Made by a program: the position numbers and the translations under genes
In this document: one piece after another, positions 10,516-22,427 of the stretch
Layout: every line of letters starts with the position of its first letter
Position numbering within the stretch: position 1 is the stretch's first letter
The notes under the pieces: generated by a model
Database searches by the model: none
Told to the model about the DNA's origin: nothing
Seen by the model: the letters and a program-made list of their open reading frames with translations, nothing else
From: Reclinomonas americana ATCC 50394
Lineage: Eukaryota
Reading direction: 5' to 3'
Assembly (NCBI GenBank): GCA_048213135.1
Contig: PS015061.1
Location: forward strand, 364,628-409,470
DNA length: 44,843 nucleotides

Positions 10516-13500
10516 TTAATCACTGTCGGGCCACTCCACGTCGAGTTCGTCCAACAAGATGGCGGCCGAAGCGGCAGCCTTCTCCAAACTCTGTACATCC
10601 TGCTCCTCCATATCTACACCGTTCTCGTCCGCGCCCAGTGGATCTCCTCCGCCACCATTGCTGCTGCCAATGCCGCCACCGGCACCAGAGCTCGACCGAT
10701 CGCGTGTCGGCGGAACACCGGCGGTGAGGTTCGGCGTCTTGGCCAACTCGACCGCGTACTTGCGATCTTGTTGATAAATGTACTGCATCACACACAGAGA
10801 GGTCAGCTCACGAGGGAAAAAAGATGCAAGATGAGCAGGCGAATGCAATAAACACCTGTTGCAGCTGGCGCTTCTGCGCGCGAAGCACGTGTCCCTGCTT
10901 GACGTACGCATCCTTGAGCGCACGCCACCGTTCCTCCAGCAGCGAGTGTCTCTCGGTGGTCTCCTTGACAATGATGATGCTCTTCTCGTTCTGCTCCTTC
11001 AGTCGCCGATTGTCGTCGGAGAGTTTGGCAAGCAACCGTTCGCGCTTATGCAACGCCTCCTCCGCCTGCCGGCACGACTGCGCGCTGCGCTCCATCTCCT
11101 TGTCCATTTCACGGATGCGAGTCTCCTGCACGCCATAATCAGTACACGTGACGCGACGCAAAGCACACCAGACAGACACAGCACACAACACACCAGCGAT
11201 CGCTTCTGGTCACGCAGTTCGTTAATGTGTCGCCTCATCGCGTCCACATCCACCGACTGCTGATCGCGCAAATGCGCCACCTCGGCCATCACCGACTGCA
11301 ACTGGTCCGCACGCTGCTGACCAACCAACTCGAGTGCGTGGTACCGATCATCAGCCTCCGCCAGCCGGTGCTCCAACTGCTCCACCTCGCCCTCGTAGGC
11401 ATGCACCAGTCGGTCCTTGTCGTCGTGCAACCCGCGCAGCTGCTGCATGAGTTCAGTGAGTTGCCGGTTGCGCTCCTCTGACGTGTCCTCGCTGTCGTGC
11501 AGCTGCTCGGCCAGACGCGTGTTGGCCTCCTTGACGGCGGCCAGCTCGGCCGAGAGACGCGAAGCTTCGGCCGACGAATTCTGCAGACTGGCAGTGGCCT
11601 CGCTCAGTGACGCAGTCAGATCCGCCCTGGCCGCCTCCGTCTTGGCGTGCTCCTGTCGCGCGGCGTCGAGCGAAGCCGTCAGAGCGCCTTGCTCGGTCTC
11701 TGCCGCTTGCAGTTGCTGCCGCAGTTGCTCGCGGTCGGCAGTGGCCGCCTCCTGCTCTCGGCTCAACGTACGGATCTGCTGCTCACGATCCACCACGGCA
11801 ATCTCCAGTTCTGCGTACACACAACCATGGTTTGAGGGAAACAGCACAGCTACCCACACTGCGGCACACAATCGAGTCGTACCCTTGACACGCGCGTCAA
11901 GCGCACGCATTTTGTACGTGGTCATTTCCGAGTGCGAATTGAGACGGTTGATGCTGGCATTGGCCGCCTCCAGCTCCTTCTCCAGCTCGCGGCATCGCTC
12001 CTTCAGGCGCTTGTACGCCTCTTGTGCCTCCAGCAGTTGTGTCTCCAACTGCGCATCCAGCAAACAACCATGTAAGCTCATGGCCGCTCGCGTTGCAATT
12101 CATACGCACACAACAAACCTCGGCATTCACATCCTTGGTGACATACAGCTGCTCGCTGAGGTCATCACGCTCCGCCTCCAGAACCTCCATGTCCTCCAGC
12201 CGCTTGTTGAGTTGCACGGTCAATTCCTCTGCATGTGCCGCGTGCGTATTGGCCTGCTCCTGCGTGCTCAACAGCTGTTGCTGCAGGCCGTCGCGCACTG
12301 CCGTCGTTTCGGTCACCTCCTGCCGCAGTGCTCGTACTTGACCCTGCAAGCGCTCCACCTCCAACTGTCGCTGCATCGAGGTGTCCTCGCTGTTGCGCAG
12401 CAAACGGCGGGTCTCCTCCAGTTGGATCTCCAGTCGCGCCGTGGTCGCCGACAACTGCGATGCGTCCTTGCGTCGCGAGTCCAAATCGGCAGACACTCGC
12501 GCCAGGTCGGTCTCCAACTTTTGCGTCTGCTCCTTCCACGTGTCGCGATTGGCGGTCATCGACTGCAACTCCGCGATCTTCTCTTGCAACTGTGCCGAGG
12601 TTCGCGACAGCTGCTCGTTGGCTGCCCCGAGTGACGATTCGAGACGGCCTGCGCAGTGCCGAGTCAGCCTCCACTTCCACAATCACACATAAACACACAC
12701 ATACACGCATGCAAGCACGCACCACGCTGTTCACGAATGTCCAGCAGCTTCTCGTCCAGGTCGGTGGACCGCTGACGCAGCTCATCGCAACGGGCCGTCA
12801 ATTGTGCCACTTGCAGGCGAGTGGCCGTCAGCTCACCTTCGGCCGTGGCCAGACTGGCTTTCAGCTTCGAGGCGCGTTCCGTTGCCACTGCCAGCTCGCT
12901 CTCCAGACCGAGCGAGCGCGTCTGCACTTCACGGTACATGTGCTCCAGCTCTGTGATGCGCTGCATGCGTGCAGTCGAGGTGGCGGATTCCGTATCCAGC
13001 TGTTGACGCAGCTGGGTCGCCTGCTCGGCGCTCTCTCGTCTTCGCTCGCGTTCCTTTTCCAGACTCGCCTCCAGTTGCGACGCTCGCTGCCTGACCTCGG
13101 CCAGGTTCGTCTCGAGCTGCGAGGTCGACTGCCGCCCAGTAGACACTGAGCGCTCCAGTTCAGCAATCGCCTCACCACGCTGTCGCGCCGTCTCCTGAGC
13201 CACTGCAAGCGCCGCAGTCACCTCGTCCAGTTTGCCGCCCTGCTCTTGCAGCGCGCGTTCGCGATCACGCAAAGTCGCACGCAGCTGATCGCGCTCCCCC
13301 TCGGTGGCAGTCAACCGATCCGTAGTCTGCGCCACTCGTTGTGTGGCGCCCGACAGCAGCTGCTCGGTCACGCCCAACTGTGATCGCGTCGACGCCAGTT
13401 CGTCACGAGTCGTCTGCAGCTGTGCCGTGGTCTGGCAGGGGGTGGATCCGCGAGTGAGTACGTCATTTGAACACAAATAAATACACATCTAAACATACCG

Positions 13501-16500
13501 CCTCCTTCTCCTTGCGCTCCTCCGCCAGGTCCTCCATTGTGGCATCGAGCGCACTACGAAGCCGACCAATCTCGCTCTCATGCGCAGCGCGAGCTTGCAG
13601 CCCGTCCTCCTGCAGGCGGTGACGATCATCGTCCAACGACACCACCATGTCCTTGGCCTCCTGTACGCGGCTGCGCAGATCGGCCACCGTCGCCTGCAGG
13701 AACACAATCTGCTCGTTGGCACTCTGCTTCTCCTCGTCGTACTCTCGTTCCAAATTGGCGCCCTTGGCCTTTTCAGCCGCCAGCTCCACCTCCACGCCTC
13801 GCAACCGTTCCTGCGTGTCGCGCACGCTTTGCTCCGACTCGGCCAGCTGCTGCAGGGTCGCAGAGTGTCTCGACTCCAGATCGGCCACTCTGCGACGGCC
13901 GGCATCCACGTCAGCCGTCAACTGCGCGCAGCGACCCTCCAACTCGCGCACTGAATTGCCCAGCGACTCTGCGTGCCGTCAGACAGTGAGCAAGCAGGTT
14001 AGAAGCACAGGCAGAGAAAACGCATCATACCTTGCGTTTGCTGCGCTGCAGCTCTGTCGTTGGCAAGCTGCGTGCGTGCCACCACCAACTCGTCATTCAG
14101 CGACTGTGCCCGCTGGTCTTGCGCGGCGAGTTGCTCACGCAGCGCCTGCTCCGTCTTATCCCACGCGGCCTGTGCCGTTTGCAACTCACTGTGAACACTA
14201 TGCAGCGTGCTCTCCGCCTCGGCGCCCTTGTTCTTCAGCACGTGGATGTGATCGTCGCGCTGTTGGTGGGTTTGTGAGAAAAACACAATCACTGTGGCCA
14301 CGAACACACACGGACGCAGTCACGCACTTGATTGACGTGGCTCTCCAGCTCCTGGATCGTCTCCTGCAACTTGGCAACGTCGTCTGCGGCCTTGGCCTGC
14401 AGCGCGGCATTCTCCGCACTCAGTCGATCAATCTCGGCCCGCAAACCAGCAATCTCCGGCTCCAGTTCCGACTGCACGCTGGTCTGCAGGCGCTCCAGCG
14501 AGGAGATGGCCATGTCCAGCGAGGTGTACGTGTTCTGCAACTCCGACCGAGCGTGGTCACGCTCCTGGCACGCGATCGCCAACTCTGCTTGCGTCGTGCC
14601 CAGCGAGCCCTTCGAGGCGGCCAGCTCGGCATCGCGTGCGCTCAACGACTCGAGTGTCTGGCGCAATTGCTCCTGCGTTGCGGCAAGAGCGCCGCGCTGC
14701 TGTGCTGCGTCGCCCTCCAGATCAGCCACACGACGACGCTCATCCGCCAGAAGGGTGCGCGTCTGATCGGCTTGCTGTCTCGCTTCGGCCAGCTCCTTAT
14801 CCGTCGCGACTGCAAAACAATGCAACGCAGTCAGACCATCGTGAACACAAAACACTACAGCAGCAATGCGCAGAGGATCCGTACCCTTGCGTGCGGCCGC
14901 CTCCTCAATCGTCACAAGCAGAGCTGCGTTCTCGGCATTCCGACGCTGCAGTTCGCCACGAAGCTCACCGAGAGCCGCTCGTTCACCAGCGAGCGCCTCC
15001 GTGGCCGCAGCCAGGTCTCGCTCGACATTGCCCAGCGACGCTCGTGTCTCCTCCAAGTTGCGTCCGACAACCACAAGCTCCTCCTCGCGTGAACGCACCT
15101 CGGCTTGAAGCTAACAGAGCGCATCTTGTGAGACAAAAAACTTACGGCGGAGACACGCCAATCCACCGCACCTCTTGCTGCGAACTGGACATGGCGGCGC
15201 TCATGTCACCAATCTGCTTGTTGGCCACCTCACGCTCCGCATGAGCTGCTGCCTGTACACGACGCACTTCGGCTGCCGTCGCCATCAGCTGCTCCTTGAC
15301 ATCATCTGTGAACAGCACAGCACGTGAGTCACTCGAGCGAAAGCTAGCGAAACACGCAACCCCTCATACCGACAGAGGCATACGCCGACTTGAGCTCCTC
15401 GCCCATCGCCTTCTTCTCGTCGCTCGCCGCGTCGAGTTGCGTCTCCAGGCTGCGGATGCGAAGCTGCGCTGCTTGCACCTGCGTCTCCAACTCGCCCTTG
15501 TCTTCCAGCAACTTGCTGCGCTCGTCCGACAGACTGCGCACCTCGCTAGTCAAGCGATCAATGTCGAGCAGGTGCGAGCGGATGGCACCATCGCGCTCGC
15601 CCAGATCGCGTTCCAGCTGTCGCACCAAAGCATCAGCAAACGTGTGTGCGCTGGTGACAAGAGAGAGAGAGAGTCGAATCACCAACCTTGCGGGCCTGGT
15701 CACGCACACGGTGCAGCTCCTGCTCGAGTGCCTCCACTTGCGCCGAGAGTACATCATTCTGCGACGCTTGCGCCTTGGAGTCGGCGACGAGTTTGTGGAT
15801 GCGCTCCTCGGCATGGGCGCGCTCCTGCTGCCGCTCCGCACGCTCGCCCTGGATCTCCTCGGCACGAGTGACCGCCAACTGCTGCGCATCACGCAGCTGC
15901 TCTTGCAACTGGCCAATCTCCAGTTGGCGAGCACGTGCGGCATCCTCCAGAGCGCGAATACTCTCGGCGCTCTTGTGCACCTGACCGTCCAGTGCAGCAA
16001 TGCGCGCCACCTGCTGCTCGTTCTCGCGCTCCAACTGCGCATGCTTGACTTGCAGCGACGACAGTGCCAGTCGCTCGCTGTCCAGCGATTTCGTCAGCTC
16101 GGCGACTCGGTTGCGCTCGCCAGCCAGCGTACCCTCCAGCGTGCTCGCCTTGGAGACGGCGGCGGCAAGATCGCTCTCCAGTGCCGCCACACGACCCGTG
16201 CGCTCCGCCAGTGCATGTCGTTCGCGCTCCAGATCCTTCTCCAAACTGGCCACGCGCGACGCGTTCTGCTCCTGTCGCAGCTTCTCGTGCCGCAGATCAC
16301 CACGCTCACGCTCCAACTCCGTCATCAGGGTCGACAGTTGCTGGCGCATGTCGTTCAGCTGACGCTGCGCACTGGACAAGTCGGCCTTCAGTTCGGCATT
16401 CATCTCCTTGGTGGTGGTCAGCTCGGCCTGCAGGCGCGCCTTGGAGTCACGATTCTCGTCCAGGCGCTGTTCGAGGGTGGCCGCGCGTTGCAGCTCCGCC

Positions 16501-19500
16501 TCCAGTGAGCGCACGCGTTCACGAGTGGACACCAGCTCCAGCTCCACCGTGTCTGCAATACACACGGATGGGTGAGACACCACAGGCGACCGCTACCAAG
16601 ACATCGGTGTGCGTCAACTCACGTCGCTTCTCACGCTCGCTCGACACGTCGCTCTCCAGTGCACCGGCGCGGCTCTTGTAGTGCTCGCACTCGCTCTCTG
16701 CACGTGCCGCCTTGCCACGCTCCGCATGCAAGTCGTTCTCCAGCTACAACACACCACGGAAATTGATGAGACAGAGAGACGAATTATGGCAAAGAGGCAC
16801 GTGCGCGTACCTTGGCCACTGACAGTGAGAACTCGCTGTCGGCCTGCGAACACGAGCATATGCGTTCATCATCAAGATGACAAATCAAACATCGACTCAA
16901 AGAACAAACCTTGACACGAGTGGAGGAAACGTCCTGCAACTGGCGCTGCACGGCTTCACACTCGGCCTTGGACATGCGCAGCTGCGACTGCAGCGACTCA
17001 ATCGACGACATTTTCTCCTGCAGTGATGCATTGCGCTCCAACAACGTCTGGTTGAGTTGGCGGCTGTGCTCTCGCTCCCGAGCCATGTCGGCCTCGTGAT
17101 GCTTCTTAATCGACGCCAACTCAGACTCCACCTGTGTTTCGAATTAGCCCTCCTGCGCATCAACTGGAACACAAGAGTCGCACGTTACCTGCGGAAGCGT
17201 GCTCTGCATCTCCGACAACTTGGCCTGCAGTGTTCCGTGCCGCTGCTGCTCGGCAGTCACCTCCACCTCCAGCGACTTGATGCGCTCGCGAGCGGAAGCC
17301 AGTTCCAGCTCCGAGCAGTCTGTGATAGTACGAAGAGACACTCAGCATCTGTGGATTGCGGAGCAGATTATTGCACGCGCACACGCAACGTCGCAGCTCT
17401 CGCTCCTCCGACAGCTCGCCGGCCAGCATGTCGAGTCGCTGGTAGCACTCCTCCAGCTCGCACACGGCGCGCTGCAGACGCTCACGTTCCACCGCCAGAT
17501 CACTCTCCAACTGCGTGCTGATGGTGGTAAACTCAGAGTACGACTGTCGAGTGCAGAGCACACAACAAATAGTGAGCATCAGGAACTGGGGCGCACGGTG
17601 ATGCTCGTGCAAGTGCAGCAGACCTTGCCACGCTCGGCGAGAACCTCGTCCAGCTTGCGCTGCAGTGCCATGTTCTCGTCCTTGAGACGTTGCAGCTCGG
17701 AGAGGTGGCGCTCGACGAGATTGTCACGCTCACGAATCGTCTGCATGTGCTCCATGACTTGGTTGTTGAGACCGCGAGCACGATCTCGCTCCTCCATGAG
17801 GTCGTGTTCCAGCTGCGTCGCCACTCCCTCCTTGTCGCGCTCCAACTGCAACACAACAGACATGAAAACGTGCACAACGCAAGACTCGATGTGGAGTTCG
17901 CCGCCGACAAACCACTGCGTTGCGCGCCTCCAGCAGCGTCAGCTGGTTCTTCATGTCGCGATTCTGCTGCTCCAAAACGGCCACTCGGCTCTGCAGCTCG
18001 CTCTTCTCCGTCCACATCGACGCCGAGTCTGCGTCGTGCTTGTTGCGCACAGCACGCAGCTCCGAGTTCTCATTCTCCAGCTCGGCATTGCGCGCCTCCA
18101 CACGAGAGCACCGCTCGCGCAGCTGTGCCAGCTCCTGACGCAGGCGCTTGTTCTCTGCCAGCAACTCATCCATTGTCATCTCGGCCTGTTCGCGACGCAA
18201 ATCGGCATTCTCCAGCATGGACTCGAGCTGCACAACGCGACCCTCCAAGTACGCCAGCCGTTGCGTGTCCACCTTCTCCTCCACGTAATTTGGTCGTGGA
18301 TGATTGCAAATCTGGTGCGCTCTCGCTGCATACTCCAGAGTGTTGCGCGTGTCCTTGGCCACGGCCGGGTCCGCCGAGACGCACGTCACCATCAGCTGTG
18401 CAGTGCGCATGGGTGAGACGCACAGAAGCGACAGGCATGCGGTGGGTGGGCGGAGCCGGAACGCAACAGTTCGGCAACTGCCGCCAAACGCGTGATGCAA
18501 AATCGACGTCAGTTTCGAGTCACGGTACGGAACCATGGCCGCCGGTCCCTCCGGCTGCGTGAGGGCCATGATGACGCGCGACAGCGTCAACATGTCCTTG
18601 TTGTCCTTGGTCTGCCCACTGCCCGCCAGATCCACAATGTGGAACTTGGCCTCGACACCGCGTCGTTCTGCACACGTCGCACGACGAGATTGAGTGCACA
18701 CAGAGGGCAAGATTATAGAGTGGAAAAGTGAACGAACCAGCGGTGGATCGCTGCATGACATGCAAGGTGACAATGAGGTGCGACTGTTTCAGTGCACCCT
18801 CGGCGTGTCGTGATCGGCGCGCCTGGTCCTCTTGCATGCGATCGAGAGCATTGAACATGGTCCTGCGTGGGCGAACAAAACAACGCTTCAGAAACTGTCT
18901 GGAGTAGGTTGATCAGTCCATCTGGCGCAACTGCACAGCGTGTGCCGGATTGCGCACTGGTCGCTCGGCGATGCCTTCGACAAAGAAGCCTGACTTGGCG
19001 TCGCCACGAATACGCAGTGGTGGCGGGGGTGTGTTGACGGAGGAGCGGGACTTGGAGACGCCTGCTCCCGAAATGCGACGACTCCGATTCGACGGCGTTC
19101 CCTGCTGCTGCTGTTGCTGCTGCTGCTGCGACTGATGGAGGTTCGACATACTGCCGCCGCGTGGCGGTGTCTCGTGACGACGCGTGGCGGGAGCCGGCGA
19201 GGCGCCTGCAGGACCCAGCGAGAAAGTCGCACTGCGATTCGCACTGAGAGATGGAGCAGACTCGGAGTGCTCCAGCGGCGGTGGCGGCAGCGGCGGTTGC
19301 GGGAGTGAGCCACTGCCACTGTTGCCGCCTGGAGATGCGAGTGAACAACAACAATACACGCACACCAGAAAAAACCAATTCGAGTGTTTTAACCTACCTC
19401 CAATCAGATCCTCGATCCACTCCGGATGCAGCACCAGTACCGACATGGTGACCGAGATGCGCTCAGGTGACTTGTGGAACTTCTGCACTCGCACACAACT

Positions 19501-20170
19501 CTCGTCGGTGAGCGTGCGAGAAAGGGGGAGAGAGAGAGAGAGGAGCGGGAGAGAGATGAACCTCCAACAATTCAAACGTCCGATACAGAATGCGACCAGC
19601 CATGCCGAGCTCCGGCTCCTGTGCATCGGGTCCAAACGCCGTGTACGTCTTACCCGTCAACTCTTGTCCGTAGGTGAACACCGTGCAGTTGACACCACTG
19701 ACAAAATCGTCGACCATGGGCGCCACACATCGATTGAACACATGCTCCTGCAGCAACAACAACAACGATCGTCACCATCACAGCACAACGTGCGGTGGCG
19801 CATGTGAGCATTGCGTTACCTGCGACACCTCCGAGTCGTACACGTAGGAGAACTCAAACGATTGCGACGGGATCGAGATTTGCCGCTCACTAAGCACCGT
19901 CAGACAATCACCCTCACGACGATCATGCGTTCGCGGTGCAACCTGCACACGCGCATGGATGAACGTGATAAGACAAAGAGCGAGGTTGTGTGTGTGTGCG
20001 TGTTGTTTTGACAAGCGAATGTGACGTTGCTTTAGACAACGAACCCTGACACACACATCAAAGTACGATGGTTCTCCACTCGCGCCCCCTCCGTGCGCAC
20101 TCGCACCCGCTGCTGCTGTGCCACTGCTGCTGCTTCCACTCAGCGCACCAGACACACGACGCGATGACAT
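10516..20170 (-). CDS. Giant kinesin-like protein 1: N-terminal degenerate motor domain plus very long coiled coil, more than 20 exons
   Basis: FEFSYVYD, VNCTVFTYGQELTGKTYT, FHIVDLAGSG, VPYRDSKLTSIL, DTRNTLEYAARA, followed by ~8 kb of heptad-rich E/Q/L/R/A exons. Stop at 10516. Confidence 0.85.
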
Positions 20171-20329
20171 GCTGCTACCTACGCAGACGAGTGAGCATGC
20201 ACACACGCGCGAACTCAACACTGCGCCACACACACACACACACCTCGTCACACACACACACGCACGCACAGTGTGTACGCGCGACAAGACGAACAACGAG
20301 CTCGCAACACAACGCAAGAAGAGACACCA

Positions 20330-22341
20330 ATGTCCCAACTCTCTCTCTGCTCACGCGCGCTCACAAAACGAATTTGCGATCGTTTCGCGTCTTTCTCGAT
20401 GACCGCTGCAGCAGGCAACGAGTCGCGTTTTGCGCGTCACGCCGAGCGGTGTCACTGGGACGCGTTGCTGCAGAGTTTGGAGGTGATTGTGACTGGCGGC
20501 TTTGATCCTTATCTGCGTGAGCCGCGACCGTTGCCACTTGTCGACGATGATGATGAGGTGGCGCACGACAGCGATCATGACGATGAAGACGAAGAAGAAG
20601 AGCGAGAAGAAGAAGAAGAAGATGAGGCAGAGAAAGCGCTGCAGCGACGGTGATGTAAACAACACACACTCTCTTCTTGTCATGTAATCGGTCTTCTGAC
20701 AACAATCATCATGCGCGTGTTTGTTGTTGTTGTTGGATGTGTGGTGTATGTAGACTGCGTGCGTTTCCGAAGGAACGGGCGTCGTTGACGCGGCGATGGT
20801 TTGGCGAGATCAATCGTTTGGTGTTTGGCGGGAGGCTGCCGGTGGAGTTGGAGATTGCGTGGAAGGCGCGGCTGTCGGCGACGGCGGGGGTGACGCGGTG
20901 TCGCAGTTGTGCGGGGGTGCGCTCGGCGGTGATTGAGTTGTCGTCCAAGGTCATTGATCGGGAGGGTGAGTGGATGGGGAAGAGGGAAGGGATGTAGAGA
21001 GCAACTGGACGCTGGGCAGAAGGGAGAGAACAGAGGACTCTTGGGGTCGACTCTTACCTCTTGAGCGCGAGCTCGAGAGCCAGAGGCACGCTGGGAAGAG
21101 GACGATTTGAGGGACTGGCAGATAGAGCGATCGTGAAGACCCTGGTTGGAGGTTGGCCGCAGAGAGATGGGCAACAGAGACAAGTGGACGACAGTGGAGA
21201 AGATGAGAAGAACCCTTGGTGGACACGGGCCGAGACTGGCAGCCGAGAGACAGTGCTGCAGATGTGGGCAGCATGAGCACGAGATGTGTCAGAAACATGC
21301 TGGGTAGAAGACGAGGAGAGAGACGACCCTTGACTCTAGGGCACGAGTTAAGGCTGGCAGTCGACGGACGACGGCACAGAAAAGTGGAAAACATGAGGAG
21401 ATCGAGAAGAATACCCTTGAGCGAGTTGGCAGAGATGGACTCAAGAGAAGACTGGCAGAAAGAACAACTGAGAAGACCACCCTTGCTCTTCGCTGGGGAG
21501 AAGATGAGGAAGGAAGAATTCTTGACTCGCAGTAGCTGTCTCACTCTGTGTGTGTGCCTGCAGAGAGACTGCAGCGAACACTGGCTCATGAGATGTGCCA
21601 TGCGGCGGCGTGGTTGCTGGACGGCTGTTGCGGCTTTTTCTCTTGCACGCTCGTCTATGTTGTTGCTCTTTGTGCTCACTGTACGCTCTGTGCAGCTTGC
21701 GATCCACCACACGGAGCGGTGTTCTGGAAGTGGGCCAACGAGGTGATGCGTCGGTATCCAGGCCTCGACGTGTCGCGTTGCCACAGCTATGAAATCAGTG
21801 CGTTTTGCGACATTGTTCTCTGCCTTGCAGTCTGGTGTCACGCTGCTCACTGTGCCGATCGCACAGACTACAAGCATCGGTGGGAGTGCGAGGGTTGCCA
21901 GACAATGTGCGATACGCCTGCTTCCTCTCTTATTTTCCGCAACCAGCAGCTCTCTTTCTCACTGTACGCCTGCACAGAGTCGGACGCCACTCCAAGAGTC
22001 TCAAGACAGACGAGTTGCGGTGCGCCCTCTGCCGTGGCAGCTTCGTGTACCTGGGCAGGTTCGGCGTCGACAATACTCCACGCGCTGCGCGCACTAATCC
22101 CTACAACAATTTTGTGAAGGTGCGTCTTTGTGAGTGAGAGTGAATGACCCGCATGCTCAACGCCGCCGCCGCTGCACAGGAAAACATGCCGCGCGTCCAG
22201 CGGGAGAATCCGACCGCCACCATTCAGGAGCGCATGAAAATCATTGGTGAAATGTGGCGGAACCGCCACCGCGACGCCGGCGATGGTTCGCCGTCGAGTG
22301 CCGACGCCCCTGTCGCTCTCACGTTCTCCTCTTCCCCCTGA
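20330..22341 (+). CDS. GCNA: GCNA/ACRC-like SprT metalloprotease with zinc finger and HMG-box-like C-terminus
   Basis: Acidic tract, then INRLVFGGRLP..IAWKARLSATAG..IELSSKVID..RLQRTLAHEMCHAAAWLLD..PPHGAVFWKWA..VSRCHSYEINYK..CEGC..GRHSKS..CALCRG, then NPYNNFVKENMPRVQRENP..MKIIGEMW. Confidence 0.88.
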
Positions 22342-22427
22342 ACCATATGTTAACAATAATACAAGTTACATTTTTTCTGTCTATGTTTTTCTCTTTAGGG
22401 TTTTTTCAAAAATATGCCACCCGTGTT

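Noticed and set aside
11417-18562. Long plus-strand ORFs (up to 481 aa) opposite kinesin-like gene 1
   Set aside because: Antisense shadows of GC-rich coiled-coil codons; no motifs.
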